Source of the DNA: Microbotryum violaceum
Lineage: Eukaryota
Length of the DNA: 64,000 bases
Reading direction: 5' to 3'
Assembly: GCA_001244265.2 (NCBI GenBank)
Contig: CDLV01000004.1
Span: 1,240,001 to 1,304,000, forward strand
The position numbers and the translations under genes were made by a program. Position 1 is the first letter of the stretch. Every line of letters begins with the position of its first letter. The notes beneath the pieces were generated by a model. The model was not told the origin of the DNA. It worked only from the letters and a program-made list of their open reading frames with translations, and made no database searches. Positions 16,496 to 27,681 of this stretch are shown piece after piece.

Positions 16496-17638
16496 TTTTG
16501 TTTTTTTGTAGAAACTGTTCATCATATTGCCCCAATTCATGTTCCCCCTATTTGGCCTACGGAAAAAACTAGATGGAAGTCAACGATGATAACACAAACC
16601 GCCCGCAAAAGTGCGAGAAACGAGCCAAGTCCACCAATCCGAGATTCGGATTCAAATGCCCTAGCCAAGCGGTTGCTCCCCCCCAGGAGACTAATGAGAG
16701 AGAGAAAGAGAGATGAAGAGAAAAAAGAAAGAAAAGAAATGTACTAACGACAGAAGGCCCACCCCACAGCCACTTCCCACTTGGTCGAGACGAAGACAAG
16801 AGCACGACTGCGCAACCACCACGACCCTCGACGCTCCAAGTCTCTGCTGAGTCACAACAAGACGCGGTGAAGGTCCCTCAAAACCTCCCCCATCGGCAGT
16901 CCCTGGCCCCTCAAAGCCGACTTTCTGCCTGTGTCCGCTGATCCCTCCCTTGACTCAGAACCCCGAAGCCGAAGAGCGCGAGCCACACCGAGTCGACGCC
17001 AAATCGCGAGATGGTCCATGATCCGCAACGGTGAACCTGTAACAAATGAAAGATGAAAGCGATCTATTTAGTGTACAGTAGGAGAAAATGATGTCACGAG
17101 AATTTGGTGTGTGTGTGTGGTGGTGGTGGGGGAAAGTTGAACCCAGCCTCTACTGCCCTCTCCTCCCCAAGCTCCTCCCGCCCTCAGCTTCAACCTCTCC
17201 TCCAAGATGATCCTCCTCCTCACAACACCCTCCATCTTCGTCCCCCACTTCTGCATCCCCCACCTCCCGCTGCTGATCATCTCCAAGACCAGCCCGGTGA
17301 ATATTTCGATCGTCCTCCCCGCTCCTTCTTGATCACGTAGACTGGCCTTGAGCTTCGGAAGTCCGAACATGCGTTGAACAGCCGTGTAATGCGTGTTGTC
17401 GATCGTGTCGAGCCCCAGTGCGTCGCAGAGCACGCTCCTTGCCGCGAGCCAAACGTTCCCAGAGTCAACGCAGTCGAAAAAGTAGTGGTCGGTGTTGTCC
17501 ACCGGCGCCTCGCAGACGAGGCACGCGGGAGAAGTGTCGTGATTCTGTTGGTGTTGCAGCTTGCGCGTCGGGGTGAAGCGGAGAATCAGCTTGAACCAAA
17601 CTTCCCTCTCCCTCGCCGTCAGTGCCTTCGAGTTGACC
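16496..17638 (-). mobile_element. LINE copy C (family 1 subfamily), heavily 5'-truncated
   Basis: VNSKALTAREREVWFKL..CLVC..HYFFDC and a 3' UTR homologous to copy B. Similarity to B stops abruptly at 17638. Confidence 0.88.
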
Positions 17639-17701
17639 AATGTGTGGTAGAACCACCGCCGGTATGACTCGGGTGCACCGTCATATTCATCTATTCCCAC
17701 T

Positions 17702-17773
17702 GGTTGAGTAGCTCAGCGGTCAGAGCAACTCTGATTAATAGAGTGGACCTGGGTTCAATTCTCAGTTCAGCCA
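17702..17773 (+). tRNA. tRNA-like gene or pseudogene, 72-nt cloverleaf, apparent anticodon TTA with non-canonical loop
   Basis: Acceptor GGTTGAG/TTCAGCC, D stem GCTC/GAGC, anticodon stem ACTCT/AGAGT with loop GATTAAT, T stem CTGGG/CTCAG with loop TTCAATT. A and B boxes present, T-rich terminator just downstream. Confidence 0.75.
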
Positions 17774-19151
17774 AGCTTTCTTTTGTTTTCCAATTCGACT
17801 GTGAATAGTTCTTGCTCCTTTCGACTTGCTTCAAGACCTATTCGCTCCAACCAGACCTCTAGGAATCAGCTGGCACTTTCATAAATGTATTTTGTGTGTG
17901 TGCAGGGCCATCAACATAAAAATAACTAACAATGAAGATCGGGTGCGAGTCGTAACCGGGCCTGGCGTGGCTGATAAGATCGGCTATCACAGACTATCTT
18001 GCCTGGAGGATCCCTTGAAGGCGCACCAGAAGGTCCTCCCCGACGATCTTCTACTCTTCAGCCAAAACGCTGTTCCTTTCATCGACACCATCTTCCCTCA
18101 GCAGAGCAAGTTGCTACCTGCCTTTGCGACTCAATATGAGTGAAACACCGGCGGAACTTGCCGAGCTTTGACAAACGACGGTCGGGCGAAAGATTCAGTT
18201 ACCCTGTAATTTCAGATCGCCGATCTGAGCGAGAAGCGATCCAAGGTACCATGGGTTGAAGATAAGATACTTGCATGGTTGATCAGGCCACTTAGCGGAG
18301 TCGGTAGGCTCTCCTCAGCTTTGGTACTGACCTCGGGTTCGGCTTCAGCTTCGACCTTCAACTGCGGATCATTCTGCTTCGGGATCGCGATTCTGAGTTC
18401 TACAAGTCTGGAGACAGTTGGGTCGATACAGCATTTTGCACTGAAGCGGAGCGATGGTTCTAACGCAGGTAGCCCAGGCTGTGTCGTGTAACGCTCAGTC
18501 AGTGCTACAATACCGAAGGCAGATGATGTAGCCTTGGACCCATCATCAGACCAGAGCGAGAGGCGAACGCCTAGGCCCCTTTGCTCGGCGAATACGCCTC
18601 CCGTCGGCCGACCAACTGTGCGCCAAGAAAAACGGGTAGGTAATCGGGGCGCGCCGGCAAGCGCAGGATTTTTGTCTCCCTTTTTTCTTTTTTCTTTTTT
18701 CTCGTGCTTCGATCATATGCCAAATCAAACGATCAGGGTATAAGACCCGCACGAGAAAACCTGAAGTCGCGCATGTGGGCCTCAGCTTAGCTCGGTTCCT
18801 ACCCTTATTGACGAAGAGGTCGTGCCTCCCCCGAGCGCTACTGGGCCTACGTCGGGTGGGAGTAGTTCCTGGTGGTTGTCCTTCTTCAATCCATTGCAAA
18901 ATGGGTCTACTCTTCCAAGACGGTGGGTGCACCAAGCCCTTTGAAAACCTAGGTCAAATACATTCATATGAGACTCCGTTGAGACTCGAGCGCCGCGGTG
19001 TCCCGGTATCCCTAACGTCGAGCGACTCGGTTCCCGTTGTCGACCACGTCATTAATCCGCTACCGTGAGAGAGCTCTTGTGCATCACCAACAACCGTAGG
19101 TATCACATTCCGCATCACGCCCTGAACTTCAAAACACCAGTCTCAACCGAA

Positions 19152-20544
19152 TCATTCCTTACCCAAGAGGGCTTTCTCGAAGCCTTCCCAGTCCTCACAC
19201 CAAGCGCCTGCGTGATCGCCCTGCTTCCCGGCCCTTCGTTTGCCCAGTGTATAAGAGAAACGGTCGCCTTGTACCAGTAGGGGCACGTGAGACAGCGTGC
19301 CCTTGTTCTTCCATCGGTAGGAGGGAGAGGTCGGCTTGGAAGGCGCGATGAGGAGATCGGAGAGATTCGCGAGGGCTCGCGAGACGGGCTGGAGACGCCG
19401 ATTGCGGTGATGGTTAATGTCAAGACAGATGGAGGACAGGGCAGTAGGGAGTACTTACGTTGTTTCTCTTATTCTGGGCTGTCCCTATGGGAGAGTGATG
19501 TGTTGGATGCCAGCTCTTGGGTCCTTGCGCTAAAGGACCCAGAAGGACGAATCGGTGGAGTTCAACTTGTCGCGGTCTACCGCCCATGATGGGAAGTCGG
19601 GTCAAGGGTGTGTATATTGAGACCAGTGACGTAGGAGGATATCGAGTGGCGAGCGGTGTTGAGCTTTTGGGCGTCGCCGTGGTCGGACCTCTTCGTATCG
19701 TGAGTTTGGTTATGACTCTGCCAGCCAATACAAGCGTCAGGGTGATTCTCCGACGGAAAGACGAGAAGCTGGGTCATTACCTACCTCCCCGGTGCCAGTG
19801 TACCCCACAGCACCAACCCAACCGAAACGCACACGAAGCCGCCCGCAAAAGTATACCTCTTCCAAGGTGAAGCCAGCTCGTATGCTTCCTTGTCCTCGTC
19901 ATAAGAAGCGTATCCCCTGCGAGCGATGTCGGCGCCGCTGAGGCTGAACACACTAAAGGCAAAACAGGCCGACATGAGGAGAGGTACGTTGAACGGCGGT
20001 GGAGAGGTATAAATCGTCCCTTCTTCTTCTTGGCTTTGGTGTAGTTCATCGTGTGAGGATGAAACAGCTGGACATACGATGGTTGTAATGACATGCGAGT
20101 GTGAGCATATCATAAAATACTGCATTTTCTTTGCCGGGGAGGAAAGAAGGCGCGAAAGAAGGGATTCGACTTACTTGATTGCTTGGCATCCACCACCTCC
20201 AGGTGGTCTAAGATGACCTCTTTGGCCGATGCACCGTTCACGCTTGATGTGGTGATGACCTCGGGTGCTCGGTGGATAGGCTGGGAAGGTTTTTCTTCCT
20301 CCTCGAGCAGACCTCTGGGGGCAGTACTTGCTTTGCCCTTGTTGCTCGGGCCCGCGACGCTTCCGGGGGCGGCTGCAATTTTGACAGCGGTAGGTTGTCG
20401 TACGAGAAGCTTGGTCTTCTTACTCCTCGATTTCGACGCTTTGGACTGCAGCGGAGGCACGCTTGAGAACGGTCTCTGGAGTGACACGAGCGAACGAGTG
20501 GTCCCCGCCGAGGCGAGGGCGAAGCATCGAGGTGTCCGTTGCAT
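19152..20544 (-). CDS. Spliced putative mitochondrial inner-membrane protein (TMEM223-like)
   Basis: Arg/Ser-rich presequence-like start (MQRTPRCFALAS..RPFSS), two hydrophobic segments (LLMSACFAFSVF; FAGGFVCVSVGLVLWG) followed by RVITKLTI, ending ..GDRFSYTL..WEGFEKALLGKE*. GT-AG introns. Family assignment is from memory. Confidence 0.5.
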
Positions 20545-20959
20545 GGCGGGAAGGGTTTGAGCCGATCTGGAGGAAACCAGTGAGTAGGTCGCGGAGTTGT
20601 AGACAAAGACGGACTCAGATGTTGGGGAAGCAGTCTAGAAGAGTATCGGCCAGTGCGAAGGCGCGTCAGGCCCAGTCGCGGAGTTCTGCGGAGCTCGTCA
20701 CGAGTGGCCGGCAGTCTTCTTCTTACCGGACCGCCGAAGGATCTGCCAGGCCACTTGCATCCCGTACCACATCCTATCGTTCCAGGACTCGTTGAGAACG
20801 CATTGCACTCGAACCCGCTAGGTTCCGCATCTGGGCTTGCACCGCGGAACTTGACGTCGTTTCCCCCCACTTGTTCCTGGCGACGTCACTTCATCCCAGC
20901 TACCTCCGTTCTCTCCTGCGCAGCCTTACTCAAGGTTTTCAATCACCTCACGTGGCACC

Positions 20960-21875
20960 ATGTCGTTGGCACGAGTGAGAAAGATATGGCTCAGCGCGCT
21001 CCAAAATACCCAGTCCATCGTCACGACTCTGACGATTGTACTGATCCTTCAACTGAGGACGGCCCATGCGCTCTGGTTCGGCGCAGGGACATTGTGCGCC
21101 GCTTTCTCGGGTACGACCCTTTCGCTTTCGATTCTTCCGATTCGATTTTAAGAGCCACGCTGACTTTCGCCTTTTTCTCCCCGATTGCCGGTGTACCCCA
21201 TCTCTCTGCCTCCCACCCCACCCCACAGCCAAAGTGCTGAAACGTTTCATCCGCCAACCTCGACCGGACGGTGCCCTCCACTACGAAACAACGTATGGCA
21301 TGCCCTCGACACATTCCTCCTCCATAGCCTACTTCGGCACCTACCTCACCTTATCCTCCCTCTTACTCCCTTTCCACCCTCGTATCTCCTCCCTCGTCCC
21401 TTTCTACGTTCATATCGTCAAGGTCGGATCGGACAAGTTCATCTCGGGGGATAATTTGATTCGACTTTCTCTGGCGTGCTTGTTCGTATTCAGCGCTTCG
21501 AGCGTGTGTTGGTCCCGTATTCGCTTGGGGCATCATACCAAAGCTCAAGTGATCGTAGGGGCTTTGTTGGGGACCGGTGTCGCGTGCGTTTTGTTCGTGC
21601 TTTGGATAGGCGTCGATCGAGCGTTCGAACTCACCTCTCGGATCGGGGGGACCGGGTGGCGAAACAGTCACTTCATGCTCGCTTACCCTTGGATCCCCGC
21701 TTTCTTTCGGGATGGAGTTCATAAGTACGGTACGGGGTGGGAGCGGATAGCAGAGGACACGCTGTTGTTGAGTTTGGAGATATGGGCATCTGGGGAATGG
21801 AGGCGAGGGGTGGGAGAGATGGGCAAGGTTCTGAAAGGGGGTGTGGTGGGGGGAATGATTAGGGAAGAACTATAG
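20960..21875 (+). CDS. CAX4: PAP2-family dolichyl-pyrophosphate phosphatase-like protein
   Basis: KRFIRQPRP, GMPSTHS, SRIRLGHHTKAQV motifs. One intron, ~21111-21228. Confidence 0.75.
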
Positions 21876-22067
21876 AGACCGTGTAATACCGTCATGCAGA
21901 ACATAGAATCTCTTTGTTTCCTTCGCGTGTGCCGAGATCGGCGTCTCGAACGCTAGTTCGAAAGGATACAGAGCAGGGCCGCCTCGAGGTTATCATGAGA
22001 TAATGTAGCGCATTGCAACGTCACGGAATGGAACATCCATCTACTCCTTTTTTCTTCAACTCCCACC

Positions 22068-24572
22068 TCAATGCCCACCTTCTCTCCTCCTCGGTCCGGC
22101 CCTCAAGATATCATCGACCCTCAAGATCATTTCCGTCGCTTCGCTCGCCGAAAGCACGACCTGTCGCTTCAGTTTGTAACTCTCCGTCACGCCGCATTCC
22201 TTCATGGACCCGACGATCCCACGATCCATGTCCAGACCGGCGTCACTGCGGCCTTCGTAGTGCGCGGCTCGGAGTCTGGCGACCAGGTCTGAAGAATCGT
22301 ATCCGGCATTGTCGGCCAGGATCGTCGGCATCTGTCGTAAAGCTCGGGCGTACGATTCGACCGCGAGCGCCTTCTTGCCCTCGGTCGTTTTCGCCTTTTC
22401 GTCAACGGCGATGGCCATGATCATCTCGGCGCAACCACCACCCAAGGTCGTTCGCGTCTCCTTGACCGTTTGAGAGAGGACCGAGAGCGCGTCGTGGAGC
22501 GATCGATCGGCTTCTTCAACCATTTGCGAGGTCGCACCTCGAAGGACTACAGTGCACGCTTCACCCGCGGCAACGCCAGAGAATTTGATGAGCTGCCACG
22601 AGCAGGTACAGAGATAAGTATGCGGAGCAAACGAATGACGCAGCCGCGCGACGAGAACGGGTACAAACCTTGTCTTCGCCGATCATGATCTCCTCGATCG
22701 TTCCACACTTGCCCAACTTTACACCGGACGGGTTATCGAACGTACTCGCAATCTCACCCCCCGTGACCAACGCCAACCGCTCAACGCCTTCAAAGTCCGC
22801 ATGCTCGATCGACATGATCCCTGCCTCGGCGAAGAGGGATTCGGGGTAGTTGTAGATCAACTGTCGGTTCACGAAGCAGGTCACGCCCGAGGCCTTGATC
22901 TTAGCGACCTTGACCTTCATCTTCTCTCTTTCCGCACGTTCCAACTCGGCCAACTTGCCAGTCGAATCGACTTTGACGCGCGCGCCAAAGATCTTGATCT
23001 TGTCCGTGTCCATCGGGGTGTTGGCGATCAGGATCTTGGCGTTCTCGATCTTGTGCGGGCAGTTGACGCCGATCTTCTTGTCGAGGATGAAGCCTTCGTC
23101 GAGGTACGAGTCGGTCAACTTTCCGCCTTGCTTTTTGATGATTTGAATGTGCTCCAAGTCCGTGGAGCCCTGTGTAGAAATCGTCACCAGAGTGAGTAGG
23201 CGAATTTGGAGTGACCAAAGTGATTTGAAACTACCTTCAGTCGGAGCACGGCCGAGACGGCCAACTCGGCAAAGTAGTCTTTGTCCGCAGCGAGAACTTT
23301 GGAGGAGAGGGTCGTTTTGGCGATCGCAATCAAATCTTCTCGGAAGGCGACGGGATCTTTACTGTGATCGCGCAAGGGAAGAACCGAGAGGGAGTCAGTT
23401 CCTCAGCCTCGTTCTGGCTCTCGTCCCGACTGACCCATGGTCAACTGCACTCTTCTCAAGAGCTTCGAGAGCAGATTTGGAAGCGATTCGGAAACCTTCG
23501 ATGACACTATGAGATGAAAGGTGACGCATTATCAGGACCGTCCTCTCGCATCCGATGACGATCTGGACACTTACGTCTGCGGGTGCACCCTCTGCAGGGT
23601 GACCAGCTTCTCTGCCTCCCTCAGCAATTCGGCGGCCAGGACGGTAACACTTGTCGTGCCTGTTCCAAAGATAAAGTCGACTTGGTCTCAACATCCATCT
23701 ATATCCTTCCCGTGTTGGCTGAGCGCAACGCACCATCTCCAACCTCGTCGTCCTGGACCTTGGAGATGTTGACGAGGATCTTTGCGGCGGGATTGTCCAA
23801 TGCGATCGATTTGAGGATTGTCGCACCATCGTTGGTGACGGTGATTTCGCCGGTCGAGGTTGAATGCAAAATCTTGTTCATGCCTTTGGGTCCGAGGGTG
23901 GATTTGACGAGGTCGCCGAGGGCGAGGGCGCCAACGAAGGACGAGAGACGCGCCTGTGTTGGAACGGCGAAGAGGAGAAAGAGCGAGGTCAGCCTTCCGT
24001 AGCTGAGATGTGCATGGTTTGATTTGGTTGATGTGGGCATGGGTCGTGGTGTATCGGTGGTGCGACCGGGTGGAGGAGCGTGGGTCGGGGTCGGGTCGCA
24101 GCACGTGTAGTTTCGCACCAGAAACAGTCCGAAAGCCAGACGTGATCTGATGCGGTGCAAGTGGTCGGGTGGTGGTGGTTTCGCAGTCATCGTAGTGCCG
24201 GCTTGGAGTTGTTATTGCATTCGGTCGGTATCACGTCGCACCACACCACACTGCTCCACCGAGACTGCCCCGCGAAAAGAAGGTCGAGGCGAATGCTGAC
24301 AGTCGTTTCCGAGTTGTGGGTCGTGGTATGATGTCGAGGTCAAAGTGCTGGGTACGAGAGGGTGGGTGGGGCTTACATTCTCTGCGCGCTCTTGTGTTGC
24401 CTGGGTCGGGTCGGGTCGGGTCGGGTCGGGAAAAGGATCGAGAGTCGAGACGAGCACGAGCACGACGACGGTGCGACGTAATCAGAGACAGGTCAGTCAC
24501 ACGAGAGCAGCCAAGAGGTGTAACGTAGCTGCACAAGCAACGTACCTCTGCACCGAATACGTTGACCGACAT
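22068..24572 (-). CDS. CCT2: T-complex protein 1 subunit beta (CCT chaperonin), multi-exon
   Basis: [67 protein letters not shown]. Confidence 0.95.
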
Positions 24573-24643
24573 GACCGGGTGTGTTGGGGTGAATGAGGCG
24601 GGTGCAGAAACACGAGATGCGCGCCAGGCTCACAAGCCGCAGA

Positions 24644-26605
24644 TTTTTTATTTTTTTGATAGACTTCATTAACAGCATAATTATATTAATACCTAGAAAT
24701 CTTCGGAAAAGTCGGAGGGAGTGTTGTTACGCACACTGGCAGAAGCCAGTAGTGTAGGACTCATTGACCCTGAACCAGGATCAACCATACCCACTAAACC
24801 CCCTTTGGTGTCTTACAGAGACACTAGGCGACCCTTGGACTCCTGAATAGAGGCTCGAAGCCCCTTGAACTCCGTTTCGGTGATCGGTTCCAAAGGATCC
24901 GACGAGAATCGGCGACGGCGACAGAGCTTCCAGATCAAGTGAAAGAAGAGGACTCGTAGTTCGACAAGTTGGCGTTCCGAGCAAAACACGGCCGGGCATA
25001 CAAAGTCAACAAAGACTGGTGGGGGGTCGGGGACAGAGCAGACCAGAGACGCCGGGCAAATGGGCAGCCGACCGCAAGGTGGGCCAGGCACTCGGGTGCT
25101 TCCGAGAGGCACATCACACAGGAGGCAGATCGATTGTTGGGGTGCGGGCTGGTTGGGGAGGCGACTTGGCTTCCCGGATGGAGGGACCCCAGGGAGAGAA
25201 GGTGGCCGGTATCCTCGGCGTTCGAGTGAACCTGGCGAACCTTGCGCAAAGCCTTCCACCAAGCGTTCCAACGTTGTTCAGGCAGATCGAGTACCTTCTG
25301 GTGTCCCTTGGGGGAGATAGGAGGGAAGATGAAGACTTGGTGGTGTTTGGACGCGTTCACAAACGAAGACGGGGTCATCACCTCACCATCGGGCCCTCGA
25401 AAAAGCGTCGGGTTGACCGAGAGTCGTATTCTGTGGCCCGCTGGGAAGTAGAGTACGTGCGTCGCCATTGCTCGAAGTTCCGGCTCTTGGAGAGTTCCGG
25501 GGGATTGAGAGTGGTCACCGAAGCCCAGGCTTCGAAGTATCGGACCCAACGAGCAGGAAGAAGTTTTGTCGTTTTTCTCACCGCATGGTCCCACTTTGGG
25601 GGAGGATGGCAAAAGTAAGCCCACCAGATCCAGATCCAAGGGCGACGATGCTGGTTGGGGGCCGGTCTGGACAAGGTGAAAGGGGTTGGTTCGTTCGGTG
25701 CCTGGAGGCGGATGCGGATGTCGAAGAGGTGGCGTGTGAAGCAGCCGTCCGGGGCCCGGAGCTGGAAGACCCACTTCGCGTGATCGATCGCTAGACGTCG
25801 AGGCAGATCAATCAAGCCGAAGCCGCCGTGATCAAGAGGGGTGCAGAGGCGCGACCGGGAGACCTTCGGACGTCGCTGAGTACCATCCGAAGCTCGACCG
25901 TGAATGGCGAGCATGGCGGCCTCCTCGATCTCCTTGACAACGCTCTTGGGGGCGGGAAGGAATCGGCTGTAGTACAAGATCTTTGTGTAGCAGTAGATGT
26001 TGATGATCGAACACTTGGCTGCATATGGGAGATCGTACATCGGAATCGAGCGTATCCGAGCGATGGTCGAGGCCTTGACATCTTCCCAGCCCGCATCCTC
26101 GGCGATCTCCACCCCGACCTGAATACCAAGGTAGCGAAACTGCGAATCGCTGAGACGCCAGGTCCCGAGATCTGGGGCGCTCGACCGATCCCGAAAATCT
26201 CCAAGGGGGTAGAGGAAGGATTTGACGTTGCTGAGCTTGCTGGCACTTGCCCGTTCGTAAAGCTCGATCGCCCGATTGAGGTGTTCGAGGTCCGAGAGGT
26301 TGTGGAGTGCGCAGCAAGCGTCGTCGGCAAAAAGGAGTTCGCGAACGTTTTGGAGGCCCGCAATATCAATGCCCTTGACTCTCAATCGAATCTGACAGGC
26401 AAAAATTTCGATTGCCAGGACGAAGAGAGACGGAGCCAAAGGATTACCTTGCCGAACGCCCGACAGGATGTCGAAAGTGGCAGAGAGCCAACCGTTGAGG
26501 AAGATCGAGGCAGATTGGTTGGTCTAGGTCGCTCGGTACCATTGGTGGGCTTTGGGGCCGAGGCCAACGGCGCAGAGGACTGCATCAAGGTACGGGTTGT
26601 GGCCT
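24644..26605 (-). mobile_element. LINE family 3 (L1/Tx1-like), 5'-truncated within RT
   Basis: GVRQGNPLAPSLF, LFADD, FRYLGI, HGGFGL, CVMC..HLAVGC. A-rich tail at 24644-24657, ~70 bp upstream of the CCT2 start. The 5' boundary is approximate. Confidence 0.85.
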
Positions 26606-27681
26606 ATATTCGGCACCGAGACTGAAGACCCCTGTCGCAGATGCCCGCCGGCTTTCTCCGTTGCGTCGAGTCCTCCGCTGCTGCCGCTTCGCTTAGGTCA
26701 CCCAGCCTGTGTTGCACGCGAGCCTCCGGTGATTTTCAACAAGAAAAACAAATCACTACCCTACAGAAGCAAGCTTCGGTAGGTCCTACTACTTGATTTG
26801 TTGGGACCGAGGCCGTGTGCACGCTTTTCATACCAGAAGCGATGGGGTCAAGGCTCCGAGCGTGCTCACTGAATCTCGCCCAGATCACGAACCACACCCC
26901 AACACTTCAATATTTGGCGTTCGGCGTGACCAATCCAAAGTCTTTGCATTCTGCGACCGACTTACAAGGCAGAAAGCGACGTACGACTAGTAAAAGTCAA
27001 TGTGACCGTGCACCAGTCCGCCCGCCATGGCTTTTTTTTTTTTTTTGTAGAACTTGTTCATCATATTGCCCCCAATTCATGTTCCCCTGATTGGCCTACG
27101 GAAAAACTAGATGGAAGTCGACGATGATAACACAAACCGCCCGCAAGATGCGAGAAACGGGCCGGTGTCCACCAATCCGATACTTGGGATTCAAGTGCCC
27201 CAGCCAAGCGGTTGCTCCCCCCAGGAGACGAATGAGAGAGAGAAGGAGAGAGAAAGAGTAACAAAACGATTTACTAACGACAAGAGGCCCACCCCACACC
27301 CACTTCCCAACTCGGTCGAGACAAAAACAGGAGAGCGACTGCGCAGCTACTCTGACCCGCAAAGTCCCAAGTCTATGCTCGGTCACAACAAGACGCGGTG
27401 GAGGCCCCTCAAAACCTCCACCTCAGCAGTCCCTGGCCCCTCAAAGTCGACTTTCTGCCTGTGTCTGCTGATCCCTCCCTTGACTCAGAACCCCGAAGCC
27501 AAAGAGCGCGAGTCACCGTCGAGTCAATCTCAAATCGCGAGCCGGTCCATGAGCGACGAAGGCAGACCTGTAATAGATGAAAGATGAAAGCAAGATATTT
27601 AGTATACAGTTTTTTGTTGGAAGATGAAGCGTGATGGTGTGTGTGTGTGGGGTGTGGTGGGGGGGAAATCGAACCCAGCCT

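Noticed and set aside
11775-17773. UUA tRNA as a dedicated suppressor rescuing the LINE TAA stop
   Set aside because: The same ORF2 also has TGA and TAG stops and FAND, so ochre suppression alone could not restore it.
17826-19068. Possible gene between the tRNA-like locus and the TMEM223-like gene
   Set aside because: Only short ORFs without recognisable motifs; no consistent exon chain.
15770-27031. CCATGGCT next to T-runs at two LINE junctions as a target motif
   Set aside because: At 15770 it is ORF1-internal sequence of copy B, and it is absent from the other junctions.
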